Below, one piece after another: positions 15,037 through 24,800 of a DNA stretch of 30,774 bases. Position 1 is the stretch's first letter. Each line of letters opens with the position of its first letter. Source of the DNA: a virus. Lineage: Duplodnaviria; Caudoviricetes. The stretch covers positions 1 to 30,774 of IMG/VR virus record IMGVR_UViG_3300023053_000231; one strand, written 5' to 3'. The notes below the pieces were generated by a model, which saw only the letters and a list, made by a program, of their open reading frames with translations, had not been told where the DNA came from and did no database searches. Made by a program: the position numbers and the translations under genes.

Positions 15037-15624
15037 ATGGCAAAGCAGAAGAACACCGCAACGCGGGTTGTGCCAGTTGTCGCGGCCGAGGCTGGCGCGC
15101 CCGTCACGGCCCCGGTAGTCGTTGATGCTGGCGCGGCCACCGGTGAGAAGCCCGAAGAACTGACCGGCGATGCTGAACTGCCGGTTGCCGGGGGCGCCGA
15201 GGCGGTCACCGGTGAGCCCGGCCAGGTGGCCGACGGCGTGGATGAAGACGGCGCGGCGGTCACAGTACCGGCAGTCGTTGATGCCGGTGCGGCTACCGGT
15301 GAAGAAGCCGCAGAACTGACCGGCGATGCTGAACTGCCGATTGTCGGCGGCGCCGAGGTGGTCGCCCGTGAGCCCGGACAGATTGCCGACGGCGTGGGCG
15401 AAGACAACGGCGCGGCCGAAGCAGAGAGCGCCGCGTCGCCGCCGCACCAGGCGCCGCAGTCATCCGAGCGTCAGACAGTGCCGGCTCTGGTGCTCAGCGA
15501 CAACCACTTGGGCAAGGTCGGCCAGGTAATCCAAGTAGATGCGGCCCACGCCGAGGCGCTGCGCCTGGGCGGGCTGATCGACACCAATCCCAACGCGATC
15601 AAGGCGGCAACGCCGGAGGAGTAG
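15037..15624 (+). CDS. Acidic low-complexity protein with a 52-aa tandem duplication and a small C-terminal domain (gpFI-position head accessory)
   Basis: GGAG RBS, ATG 15037; lies between capsid and head-tail connector; C-terminal LVLSDNHLGKVGQVIQVDAAHAEALRLGGLID. Confidence 0.75.
   Translation: MAKQKNTATRVVPVVAAEAGAPVTAPVVVDAGAATGEKPEELTGDAELPVAGGAEAVTGEPGQVADGVDEDGAAVTVPAVVDAGAATGEEAAELTGDAELPIVGGAEVVAREPGQIADGVGEDNGAAEAESAASPPHQAPQSSERQTVPALVLSDNHLGKVGQVIQVDAAHAEALRLGGLIDTNPNAIKAATPEE
15094..15405 (+). repeat. 156-bp (52-codon) imperfect tandem duplication
   Basis: Units start at 15094 and 15250; both contain GAACTGACCGGCGATGCTGAACTGCCG. Confidence 0.9.
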
Positions 15625-15627
15625 CCC

Positions 15628-16050
15628 ATGCTGCGCACGGTGAGCCCGGCGACCGAGGAGCCTGTGTCGCTGAGTGAAGCGAAGGCGCATCTTGTCGTGA
15701 TCCATGACGCCGACGACGCCCTGATCGGGGCGTTCATTGCCGCTGCTCGCGAGTCCGTGGAGCGCAATACCGGCTATGCGTTGGTGGAGGCTTCCTACGA
15801 ATGGACGCCAGTGGGACAGCGGCAATCGCCTCTCCCCATTGAGCCGGCGACGGTGACGAGCGCTGCCGGCGAGTATCCGGTTCTCTTCACCACCACCCCC
15901 GGACCGATGCCTGGGCCGTTGCGCGCCGCGATCTTACTGACGCTGGGCGACCTCTACGCCAATCGCGAAGGATTGGTGGTGGGTGCGACCTGTGTCGAGA
16001 ATCCAACCGTGGATCGCCTGATGTTCCCATACCGCCGGGTGCTGCCATGA
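15628..16050 (+). CDS. Head-tail connector (HK97 gp6-like)
   Basis: EPVSLSEAKAHL...DDALI...AAILLTLGDLYANRE...LMFPYR. Confidence 0.9.
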   Translation: MLRTVSPATEEPVSLSEAKAHLVVIHDADDALIGAFIAAARESVERNTGYALVEASYEWTPVGQRQSPLPIEPATVTSAAGEYPVLFTTTPGPMPGPLRAAILLTLGDLYANREGLVVGATCVENPTVDRLMFPYRRVLP

Positions 16051-16379
16051 GGCGGGCAGGCAAGTATCGCCACCGCATTGCCCTGCAGGTGCAAGAACCT
16101 GTGAGGGATCCGCTTGGGGGCGATGAGGTGGAATGGGTGGACTGGCAGGTAGACGTACCGGCCGAGGTGGTCCCACTTTCAGGGCGCGAATTCGTTGCTG
16201 CATCGGCTGAGCACGGCCAAGTCACAGCGCGCATGGAAATTCCCTATCTGCCTGGTGTGCTGAACACAATGCGCGCTGTTTTTGACGGCCAGTACTACGC
16301 GATCCGTGCTGTCCTGCCTGATCCCACGGCGCGGGGGCACATCACCTTGATGGTAGACGCGGGGATCTCCGATGGCTGA
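16047..16379 (+). CDS. Head closure/stopper protein (SPP1 gp16-like)
   Basis: AGKYRHRIALQ...AEVVPLSGREF. Confidence 0.9.
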   Translation: MRRAGKYRHRIALQVQEPVRDPLGGDEVEWVDWQVDVPAEVVPLSGREFVAASAEHGQVTARMEIPYLPGVLNTMRAVFDGQYYAIRAVLPDPTARGHITLMVDAGISDG

Positions 16380-16875
16380 GCAGATCGAGATCCACGGCCT
16401 TGACGGGCTTCTGTCGTCGCTGAAGGCATTGCCGGTAGAGCTGCAGGGAAAGCCACTGCAGACCGCACTGCGTCGGGGTGGCAATCTGATCCGCGACGCG
16501 GCACGCGCGCGAGTGCCGCGTGCCAGCGGCTTCCTGGCCACACAGATCGTGGTGCGCAGGGCCAATGCGCGCAATCGGAACAGGGCCGGCGTCGGCCCGG
16601 GTGGCGAGTATTTCACCGTTGGCGTCAAAACTGGCAAACGCGCCAAGTATGCAAACACCAAGAGGAACCGCCGGCAGCGCCGGGTTGGCAAGGTCTACGT
16701 GCAGGCAGGTTGGGCCAGCTACTGGCGGTATCTGGAATTTGGCACGAAGAAGATGGCGGCAAAGCCGTTCCTGACGCCAGCCGCCGAGGCAAACGGGCCC
16801 CAGGCGGCGCAGCTGATTGTCGACCAGACCCGCGCGGCTATCGACCGGGTAATGAAGGCAAGGGGGTGGAAATGA
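16372..16875 (+). CDS. HK97 gp10-family tail completion protein
   Basis: IHGLDGL...YWRYLEFGTKKMAAKPFLTPA. Confidence 0.9.
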   Translation: MAEQIEIHGLDGLLSSLKALPVELQGKPLQTALRRGGNLIRDAARARVPRASGFLATQIVVRRANARNRNRAGVGPGGEYFTVGVKTGKRAKYANTKRNRRQRRVGKVYVQAGWASYWRYLEFGTKKMAAKPFLTPAAEANGPQAAQLIVDQTRAAIDRVMKARGWK

Positions 16876-17234
16876 TGGTGCCGCTTATCCAGCAGCTGCT
16901 GCAGGGCGACGAGGCCGTGCGGAGTCTGTTTGGTGATCCCGTCCGTGTTTTCCCCTCTACGGCGCCGCAGGACACCGCATTGCCTTACGCCACGTGGGAT
17001 GTTGTGGGCGGCTCACCAACCAACCTGCTTTCCGAGCGACCGCCCGGCGATGGCTGGCGCGTCCGGTTGACGGTGTGGGGGAAATCGACGTCCAAAGCCA
17101 ACGCTGCTGCGGTGGCAGTTCGCGACGCTGTGGAGACAGTCGGAAGCATCGAGTCCTACAACCCTCCTCCCGATGACGACGATACAGGGGCGTTTGGCAT
17201 CTCCTTCGACGCTCGACTGCTGCAGCTTCGCTGA
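16872..17234 (+). CDS. Tail terminator (DUF3168-like)
   Basis: RVFPSTAPQDTALPYATW...VRLTVWG; position before the tail tube gene. Confidence 0.8.
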   Translation: MMVPLIQQLLQGDEAVRSLFGDPVRVFPSTAPQDTALPYATWDVVGGSPTNLLSERPPGDGWRVRLTVWGKSTSKANAAAVAVRDAVETVGSIESYNPPPDDDDTGAFGISFDARLLQLR

Positions 17235-17256
17235 CCAACTCAACGGCAATCCATCG

Positions 17257-17276
17257 GCCCCGCAAGGGGCTTTTTT
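17257..17276 (+). terminator. Intrinsic terminator-like hairpin upstream of the tail tube gene
   Basis: GCCCC-GCAA-GGGGC followed by TTTTTT. Confidence 0.75.
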
Positions 17277-17312
17277 CATACCCGGCGACGGGCACAACGC
17301 AAGGAAAACCCT

Positions 17313-17786
17313 ATGGGAAAGGTACTGAAGTCCAAGCACACCCAGCTGTTCATCGCCATCGGCGCGGCGGAGGTCATCAAGGTGACCCGTGTCCGTTCGG
17401 TCGGCTTCCCTGACGGCCAGGCCTCGGAAATCGATATCTCGGACTTCGATGACGACTGGGATCAGTTCGTCGCTGGCCGAAAGGCGACCGGCAGCACGAG
17501 CATCGAGGTGATCTATGACTCGGTCGATTCCGAGGCGCTGGAGGAACTGCACCGCACTGGCGCGGTGGTCAACTTCTTGGTCACCGCGCCGGCCAGCGAA
17601 ACGGCGGGCGCGGATAAGCCTGCGGCGGTAAATGGCGTCATCACCCCGCCGACGGCGGTTGTGTCGAAGCAGTTCAACGGCTTTGTGCAGAACTTCGCTG
17701 TGACGGTGGCCGACAACGATGTGTGGAAAGCCACGCTGACCATCCGTGGCTCCGGCGCAGTCGAAACGCACCGCCCGACGCCCTGA
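17313..17786 (+). CDS. Major tail tube protein
   Basis: GQASEIDISDFDD...FVAGRKATG...FNGFV...TLTIRGSG; AAGGA RBS. Confidence 0.88.
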   Translation: MGKVLKSKHTQLFIAIGAAEVIKVTRVRSVGFPDGQASEIDISDFDDDWDQFVAGRKATGSTSIEVIYDSVDSEALEELHRTGAVVNFLVTAPASETAGADKPAAVNGVITPPTAVVSKQFNGFVQNFAVTVADNDVWKATLTIRGSGAVETHRPTP

Positions 17787-17811
17787 CGGCAACAACGGCG
17801 CTCTCTCTTTC

Positions 17812-17837
17812 GGCCCACTTCGGTGGGCCTTCTCTTT
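17812..17837 (+). terminator. Intrinsic terminator-like hairpin after the tail tube gene
   Basis: GGCCCAC-TTCG-GTGGGCC followed by TTCTCTTT. Confidence 0.65.
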
Positions 17838-17912
17838 GGCAGGGCGCGCGGATCCTCCGCGTGTTAGCCGTGCGCGGCCCGCGCGCCCTGTCGCCATTCA
17901 AGGAAACGGCCA

Positions 17913-18284
17913 ATGAGCAAGACCAACGACAGCAACAAAACCCTGGCAGGAACGGTGAGCATCCTTCAGGCGTTCACCAGCGCCGGCATGTTCGCTGCTA
18001 AGGACGTGCAGCCGGACACAATCGAACTGCCGGACGGCACCAAGGCGGAGTTCTTCGTGCGCGCGCTGCCGGATACCGAGTTCCGCCAGCTGTGGAGCAC
18101 CGCCGACCGTGCCAAGCTGATCGCGGCCACGATCTGCGATGAGAGCGGCAAGCGTGTACTCACTGAAAAGCAGGCCGGCGAGCTGAAGCCGAAGGTGGCG
18201 GCAAGTCTGCAGACGATTGCGCTCAAGCACGCAGGCTTCGGTAGTGACGCTGACGCCCTGCGGGAAGAAGCGGGAAACGGCTAA
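17913..18284 (+). CDS. Tail assembly chaperone (gpG-like)
   Basis: Follows the tail tube gene; ends at slippery site G GGA AAC. Confidence 0.85.
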   Translation: MSKTNDSNKTLAGTVSILQAFTSAGMFAAKDVQPDTIELPDGTKAEFFVRALPDTEFRQLWSTADRAKLIAATICDESGKRVLTEKQAGELKPKVAASLQTIALKHAGFGSDADALREEAGNG

Positions 18285-18577
18285 GGCAGCGCGGCGAGGA
18301 TTGGTTCTGGCATGTCCTCGCCGGGCATCTGCATCGCACGGTGGCGGAGTTGCGATCCACCATGTCGCGCCGGGAGTTCCTGTGGTGGTGGGAGTTCCAC
18401 AAGCGCAACCCCATCGACCCAGTCAGCATCCACCAGAAGCCTGCGGCATTCATCGCCTACATCACAGCTGCACACAGCCAAGGCGGAACCAAGCGCGGCA
18501 TGCAGCATTTCCTAGACGCCCTGGTGCCTCGCTCTGACGACGATGAGGCGCAGGACTGGTTCGATTCCCTTGGATGA
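17913..18577 (+). CDS. Tail assembly chaperone long form (gpGT-like) via -1 frameshift at 18272-18278
   Basis: GGGAAAC in X XXY YYZ phase; -1 frame is open: KRLRQRGEDWFWHVLAGHLHRTVAELRSTMSRREFLWW... Confidence 0.8.
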
Positions 18578-18580
18578 CCC

Positions 18581-20548
18581 ATGGCTGACACCTTCGGGCG
18601 CTTCGCAGCGCTCCCCATTGGACCCCTGCTCGCAGCTCGCGACGGAGGGCTTACTCTCGCAACTACCGCAGCCGCCGACGCGCGCAGGTGCGCGCGGTCC
18701 GACTTCGCGCTCACGAGCGGAACCGTGGGCGTCGAGTTCGCCGCGTGGGGTGATGACGATCTGGCGGCAGTAGTCGGGTTTGTGAACGATGCCGCGCCGC
18801 TCAACGAGTCGCTAGGCTCCAACGGTGCCGGTATCGGGTGGGAGCTGGCGACCGGTCGGCTAGTGCAAGGGATCGGCGCGATTGCCACTGGCCTCCCGAC
18901 AGTGGCCAAGGGCGATATTGTCGGGCTACGTGTGGTGTTTGGTGGGCCGTCTCGCCTGCAGCTCTACCTAAATGGGGCGATGGTGCATCAGCGGGATTTG
19001 CTGCTGGCAGGGCCGCTCTACTTTGCGGCGTCTCTCGCGGCCACGAAAGCGGGCGGCCTATGCCTGGCGGTCAACGCCGGACAGTGGGGGGCGCGCAGTG
19101 ATGCGGCGATTGCCGGGTGGCGGCTGGACCAGGCACAGGCCTCTGCCACTCGCCTTGCCGATGCCGACTGGCTTTCGGCCCCGGGCGACAGCCCCGCAAA
19201 TGCCCGCTACGAAGGGTTGGTGGCCGAGGGCGTGAACCTGGTGCAGGAATTGAGTTTCTGGCCGTGGGGAGGTGACCCCGTATCGCAAACGGCAGCTGCT
19301 GAGTGCGTGGTGGCTGATGCCGACGGCATGCTTGACGGTCTCGCACTCTCGGGCGGCTCGGGTGCCTCGGTACAGATCCTGCTGGTTGATGAAACCGCCA
19401 TGCTCGCCGACGCGGCGCCGGTGTTCCGTTGCGCGATCGATCAGATCGAGATCAACGACGACGGCAGCAAGACCCTCCATCTGCGGGACGCGCACGACTA
19501 TCTGGCCCAGCCCATCAACCGCGGCGTCTTCCTCCCCAATGTCGCGTCACTGGCATGGAAGCCGCAGCCGGTCGTGATCGGCGCCGTGGCGAGCGTGCCG
19601 GCCGCCGGCGGCAATTCGGATGCCACCTCCATGTTCCTGGCCGATGGCCCGGTCTACGTCGATGCGGTTATGGATCGCGGCGACCTGATGGAACCGGGGA
19701 CGTTTGAAGTTGCGCCGGATCACCAGCAACTGCTGATGAAGTCTCCACCGGTGATGCCTGTGGTGGTGGACCTGTCCAGCGTGGGGGCCGGAATGGCGCC
19801 CGCAACGCTGTCTGCAGCCGTCGCCGAGATCATGGGGCGGTTGGGCATGGGGGCATGGTCAACGGTCGACTGCGCAGCCATCGACGCCTCTACCGGTTAT
19901 GCGGGGGTCGGGTACTATGCAGGGACCTCGATTACCGGCCGCGATGCACTCAACGCGATCTTGCCCAGCTATGGAGCCGGGTGCTACCAGGATGCCACGG
20001 GCGTGCTGCGCTTCGTTCGGGTAGTGGCGCCCGAGAGCTACGAGGGCCTGCCGGCGTTCGAGCTGACCGACGACGATTTGGCCAGCGACCTGGTGGGCGT
20101 ACCTGACGAAGCTCCCAATCTGACCCGCCGCATGGCCTACAGGCCGAATGCCCAGGCCTTGGGTGCGTCGGACCTGGTCACCGACGTGGTCGACGTTCCG
20201 CAGGCGCGGCGTGACGAACTGACCGCCTTGTATCGCGGCCAGGTGTTCGCGGCTGGGCCGCTGGACGCTCACTACCGCCGGGCCGAGGCAGCAGATCCGG
20301 TGATCTCGCTGTTCTGGCGGGCCGCCGACGCGCAGGCCGAAATCGACCGGGTTGTGGCGATCTACCAGCGGCAGCGCTTCTTCTACCAAGTCACCGTCCG
20401 CGGCGATCAGCAGCTTGCACCGCTGCCCGGGCAGATTGGCCGGCTGTCCTACGGCCGTTACGGCCTGGCCGACGGGAAACCGGTGATGGTGCGCCGAGTC
20501 GAGCGAAACCCAGCCACGGGTGATGTGGTGCTGACCTTGTGGGGATGA
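18581..20548 (+). CDS. Tail-tip hub-like protein with N-terminal SPRY/B30.2-like domain
   Basis: N-terminal SPRY-like motifs (VEF...VVGF...GDIVGL...YLNG...PLYFAAS); PGDSPANARY, KPQPVVIGAV, and C-terminal PGQIGRLSYGRYGL...LTLWG typical of siphophage hubs. Confidence 0.6.
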   Translation: MADTFGRFAALPIGPLLAARDGGLTLATTAAADARRCARSDFALTSGTVGVEFAAWGDDDLAAVVGFVNDAAPLNESLGSNGAGIGWELATGRLVQGIGAIATGLPTVAKGDIVGLRVVFGGPSRLQLYLNGAMVHQRDLLLAGPLYFAASLAATKAGGLCLAVNAGQWGARSDAAIAGWRLDQAQASATRLADADWLSAPGDSPANARYEGLVAEGVNLVQELSFWPWGGDPVSQTAAAECVVADADGMLDGLALSGGSGASVQILLVDETAMLADAAPVFRCAIDQIEINDDGSKTLHLRDAHDYLAQPINRGVFLPNVASLAWKPQPVVIGAVASVPAAGGNSDATSMFLADGPVYVDAVMDRGDLMEPGTFEVAPDHQQLLMKSPPVMPVVVDLSSVGAGMAPATLSAAVAEIMGRLGMGAWSTVDCAAIDASTGYAGVGYYAGTSITGRDALNAILPSYGAGCYQDATGVLRFVRVVAPESYEGLPAFELTDDDLASDLVGVPDEAPNLTRRMAYRPNAQALGASDLVTDVVDVPQARRDELTALYRGQVFAAGPLDAHYRRAEAADPVISLFWRAADAQAEIDRVVAIYQRQRFFYQVTVRGDQQLAPLPGQIGRLSYGRYGLADGKPVMVRRVERNPATGDVVLTLWG

Positions 20549-20552
20549 GAAC

Positions 20553-21314
20553 GTGCTTATCGGATTTGGAATGCCGGCTGCGGTGACCGTGGCGCTGGCT
20601 GGCGGGACATGGCTCAGCAGCGATCAGGGCTCGGCTCTTTTTGACGGCAAGCCTGGTCGCGCCAGTCGGATCCGCAGGACGGGGCCGCTGTCGGTGACTG
20701 TCACGCTTGCTCAGGCTGTTGTACCTGGGATCGTGGCAGTGCTGGGTCTGAATGTCCCTCCTGGCATTGAGGTTCGTGCTGCAGGCGCAGTGGGCACAAC
20801 CACGCGGCTCCCTGACGGCACCGTGTGCGCGTGGCTATTTCCACAGGCGCAGGTGCCGCTTGCGACCGTGTCGGTGGAGATCGACACCAACGTGACCAAC
20901 GTCGATATCGGCGAGATTGCGATCTTCCAGGCTGTCGACGTAGGTATCAGCGACGGATGGGGAGTTGCACCAATCGACACGAGCGCTCACACGCGAACGA
21001 AGGGGGGGCAGGTCAACACCGTTCCCGGCGTGGTGTACCGCCGCCTGACCTGCACCTTCTCGGGTCGGCCTACCGACGTCGTTCGGGGCGGCGGCCTGGC
21101 CGGTGTCGATTGGGAGACCGTCGCTGCGGCGCTGGCTGGGCGACGCCGTTCCTGCGTGGTCCCTCAGTACAGGGACATGGCAACAAAGGAACTGGACCCC
21201 AGGTTGGCGGCGCGATCCGCGCTGTATGGCTACCCGACTCAGCTGCCGAGCGCGGAGAACATCAGCCGGCAGTACTTCACGGGATACATGGAGTTCGAAG
21301 AGGTTCCCGCCTAG
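20553..21314 (+). CDS. Distal tail (Dit-like) protein with N-terminal beta-sandwich
   Basis: IGEI...GWGVAPIDTSAHTRTKGGQV...RRLTCTFS and C-terminal MEFEEV pattern. Confidence 0.5.
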   Translation: MLIGFGMPAAVTVALAGGTWLSSDQGSALFDGKPGRASRIRRTGPLSVTVTLAQAVVPGIVAVLGLNVPPGIEVRAAGAVGTTTRLPDGTVCAWLFPQAQVPLATVSVEIDTNVTNVDIGEIAIFQAVDVGISDGWGVAPIDTSAHTRTKGGQVNTVPGVVYRRLTCTFSGRPTDVVRGGGLAGVDWETVAAALAGRRRSCVVPQYRDMATKELDPRLAARSALYGYPTQLPSAENISRQYFTGYMEFEEVPA

Positions 21315-21369
21315 ATTGAGCCACCATTGTCCCATGTAAGAATCAAGGCTCTGACCAAGGAGCCATCGT

Positions 21370-21801
21370 GTGGACACAAAATGGATTGCGATTTCATTGT
21401 TGCTGCTTTGCGCCTGCTCGCGACAGGAGCAGCCAGCTGCCCCGCGCGTAGAGCCGCCGGAGCGAAGTGAGGCGGCTTCCACGGGGGCAGGAAAGTCCGC
21501 GGCTGTCGATGCGCCCGCGGCGGATAAGGCCCGACCTTTGCCCGAGGCAGATATCACCGCTGTTGTGACCTGCACCGGCGCCACCCTGAAAATGGGCGAT
21601 GTAGAGCTGTGGAAGAAGTGGGTGGCGGAGTCTCAGCGGAGGTTTGCAACGATCTACCCCGACAAGAGCGCCCAGGAGATCGAGGCGTACACGCTTGAGC
21701 GCGCGCTGGATAAGCGAAGGGCGCTGGAGCGAACAGGGGTGGGGACGCAACGTGCGTTCACGGATTACTTCAACAAGAACTGCCTGGGAGTGATTCAGTA
21801 G
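21370..21801 (+). CDS. Lipoprotein moron (possible superinfection exclusion protein)
   Basis: Signal peptide with lipobox LCAC, AAGGAG RBS, own terminator, located just before the tape measure gene. Confidence 0.75.
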   Translation: MDTKWIAISLLLLCACSRQEQPAAPRVEPPERSEAASTGAGKSAAVDAPAADKARPLPEADITAVVTCTGATLKMGDVELWKKWVAESQRRFATIYPDKSAQEIEAYTLERALDKRRALERTGVGTQRAFTDYFNKNCLGVIQ

Positions 21802-21817
21802 CCCAGCAGACCGAGAC

Positions 21818-21844
21818 AAGGCCCGCGCAAGCGGGCCTTTCTTT
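21818..21844 (+). terminator. Intrinsic terminator of the lipoprotein moron
   Basis: AAGGCCCGC-GCAA-GCGGGCCTT followed by TCTTT. Confidence 0.85.
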
Positions 21845-21859
21845 CATCAGGAGCTGAGC

Positions 21860-24800
21860 ATGTCCCTTTATACCCTCACCGTTGACCTTCTCGCCAAGAC
21901 GGCTTCATTTGAGAAGGACATGGGGAAAGCTGAGCGCATAGCCGCGCAGCGGTCGGCTCAGATCCAGCAGACGCTGTCCACCCTGGCTACGACCGTTGGC
22001 ACCGCTCTCGGCACGGCTGCAGTTGCCGCAGGGACCGCTGTCGCCACTTGGACAAAAGAGGTCAGTGAGCTTGCGCTGCAATACGAGCGCTTCTCTCAGA
22101 TATCGGGTTCAACGTCTCAGAGTTTCCAGCGCATGGCAGCCGGTGCCAACGTTGTGGGGATCAGCCATGAGAAGTTGGCGGATATCCTCAAGGACGTGCA
22201 AGACAAGATCGGCGACTACGTTCAGACGGGCGGCGGCGCCATGGCCGACTTCTTCGAGAACATCGCCAAGCGAACTGGCGTAACAGCCGAGCAAATGCGC
22301 AGGCTCTCTGGTCCGGATGCACTCGGGCTCTACTTTAGTAGCTTAGAGAAAGCCAACCTTTCCCAGGCAGAAATGACCTTCTATATGGAGGCCATCGCGA
22401 GCGATTCGGCGGCGTTGATCCCGCTGCTTCGGAACAGCGGGAATGGATTCAAACAGTGGGGGGACGCCGCCGAGGCAGCCGGCGCCATCATAAGCAATGA
22501 CACTGCAAAGGCGATGGGCGATCTTCGCCGCGTAACCCAAGAGGCGGAACTGGCTTTCTTGGGTGTCAAGGTTCAGGTCGCGCAAGGTGTGATTCCGACT
22601 CTAACCGAGCTGAATAAGCTCCTGCATGATCCTCAGTCGCAAGATGCAATGCGCAGCGCTACCAATGGGATAACAGCGTTTGGTAAGGCTGCGGTGGACG
22701 CCGCGGCAGGGTTCGGGCAGCTGGTCATTAGCTATACCGGGTGGCTCAAATCCAAAGGGTTTATGCCGGTGAGTGATGGTGACTCGTTGGACAACCTACA
22801 GGCCCGACGCGGTTCGCTGCAGAACAGCCTCAAGAACTGGAAGGGGATCTTCAGCGACGACGCCAAGGATAAGGTGAAGAGTGAACTGGCGGAGGTGGAC
22901 TCGCTCATCGCCGCATTCCCATTCAGGGGCGTATCGGCGACTGTAGATTCAACCGCATCTGCACCGGGTCAGCCGTTGCCCTACAGGCCGACGGGGAATA
23001 TCGGCAAGGCGGATCGAGCGAAGTCAGACAGCGAGGCGAAGCGTCGCGCCGAGGAGATCGCGCGCTACAGGCAGCAGGCGCAGGAAGCCGCCGGTGCGAT
23101 GGAAGGGCCGTTGGCAGAGGCCATGTCCAAACACCTTGGCAACATGGCTGAGTACAACGATCTGCTGGCCAAGGGCAACATTGCCCAGGCGGACGCCAAC
23201 GTGCTCATGGGCCAGAGCGCCATGGAGTACGCCAAGGTTGCGGCGGAAGTGGAAAAGGCTACCGCTGGACCTGAGAAGCTGCTGGCAACGTTCGATACCG
23301 AGCTGGTCATGCTGGGCAAGGCGGGTAGAGCGCGTGAGCTGTATCGCCGACAGCTGGTGAATGAAAAGGACATGCGCGACGAGCTACAGAAGGCAGTCGA
23401 GGCGGCGGGCAGCAGGCAAGCGCTGGCGGATGCCAAAGGAAAGGCCAGCTACGAAGAGTACGAACAGTCGATGCTCGCAGCGGCGGCTGCTGCTGCCGAG
23501 CTATCGCTGCAGGTTGAGGAGAGTGCCGCAAACGTCGAAGCGCTGGCCAACATCATCGTTTCTGGCATGGCCGATGGTGTCGATGCATTCGCCGACTTCG
23601 TGGCGGATGGAATGCGCAACTTCGATGACCTGTGGGATGGCCTGAAGAACGCAGCGAAGCGCGGGCTGCGCGACATGATTGCCGAGATCGCAAAGCAGAA
23701 GCTGATTATCCCGATCCAAACGCAGATCATGAATGGGATCAATGGCCAAGGCGGCGGCTTCAGCCTTGACAGTCTCATGGCCCTGTTCGGAGGCAACGGT
23801 TCTGCCGCCGGCGGAAAGAACGTAAGTAACGTTGCCGGCCTGCTGTCGAAGGGGCAGGGGTTGTTCGGCTTCGGCCGCTCTGCTGGCGCAGCGTCAGGAA
23901 GCCTGACCGGCTTCGGCGACGTTACCAGCATGGCCGGGATGACCGGTTCCAGCTTCTCAGGGTTGATTGGCGGCGGTAGTGCAGGTGCGGGTGCCGGCGC
24001 AGCTTCGACCGCTGCGGCAGCGGTTCCGATCATCGGCTGGATCGTCGCCGGCATGATGAAGAATGCCGAGTTGTTCGATCAGGGCTGGGACATTGCCAAC
24101 GGCGAGAGCTGGGCCGGCAAGATCGCCACGGCCGGCGCCGTTGGGCTCGCGGATAAGGGGTTCCGTGGACTGGGCTTCAACGACAAGACGGCCTCCATCC
24201 TGTCGGGCTCCAGCATCCACGCAAAGCTGTTCGGCCGCAGCGCGCCCAAAGTGACCGGGCAGGGCATCACGGGCGATTACGGGTTCGGTGGCTTCAACGG
24301 CCAGTCCTACGCCGATATCAAGGCCAAGGGCGGCCTGTTCCGCAGCGACAAGAAGTGGACGCAGTACGGGGCGCTGGATCCGGGCATCGATCGCACGTTC
24401 GACATGGCAGCTCGCCAGGTGCGTGGCGCAGCCACTGACCTGGCCAAGCAGCTGGGCGTGGATCTCTCCGGGCAACTGGCCGGGGTGAAGGTGTCGCTGG
24501 GCAAGATGCAGCTGTCGGCGGATTCGGCAGAGGCGAAGGCGCAGCTGGAGGCTTACCTGGCCGACATGACGGACCGCCTGTTTACCGAGGCAGTACGTGC
24601 GGCAGGGTTCGGCGGCCAGCTGGATGGCTACTTCGAAGCGTCGGATGTGTTCTCGGCCCTCAGTGCTTCCATTGCACTGGCAGTGGGCAACGCCGACGAG
24701 CTGGGCCGCGCCCTCAGTGGCATGGAGGTGGAGAAGGTCAACAAGGCCGTTGACTACTTCCAGGACCTGGCCAGCGTCGCCGGCACCGACTTGGCCACGC

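Noticed and set aside
15094-15405. Repeat considered as a CRISPR array or DGR template/variable repeat
   Set aside because: Only two adjacent in-frame coding units, no spacers, differences not adenine-specific, and no reverse transcriptase or cas gene in the window.
17799-17829. CGCTCTCTCTTT plus hairpin as a boxA/boxB nut site
   Set aside because: Imperfect boxA, no N gene seen, and the hairpin plus T-tract is explained as a terminator.
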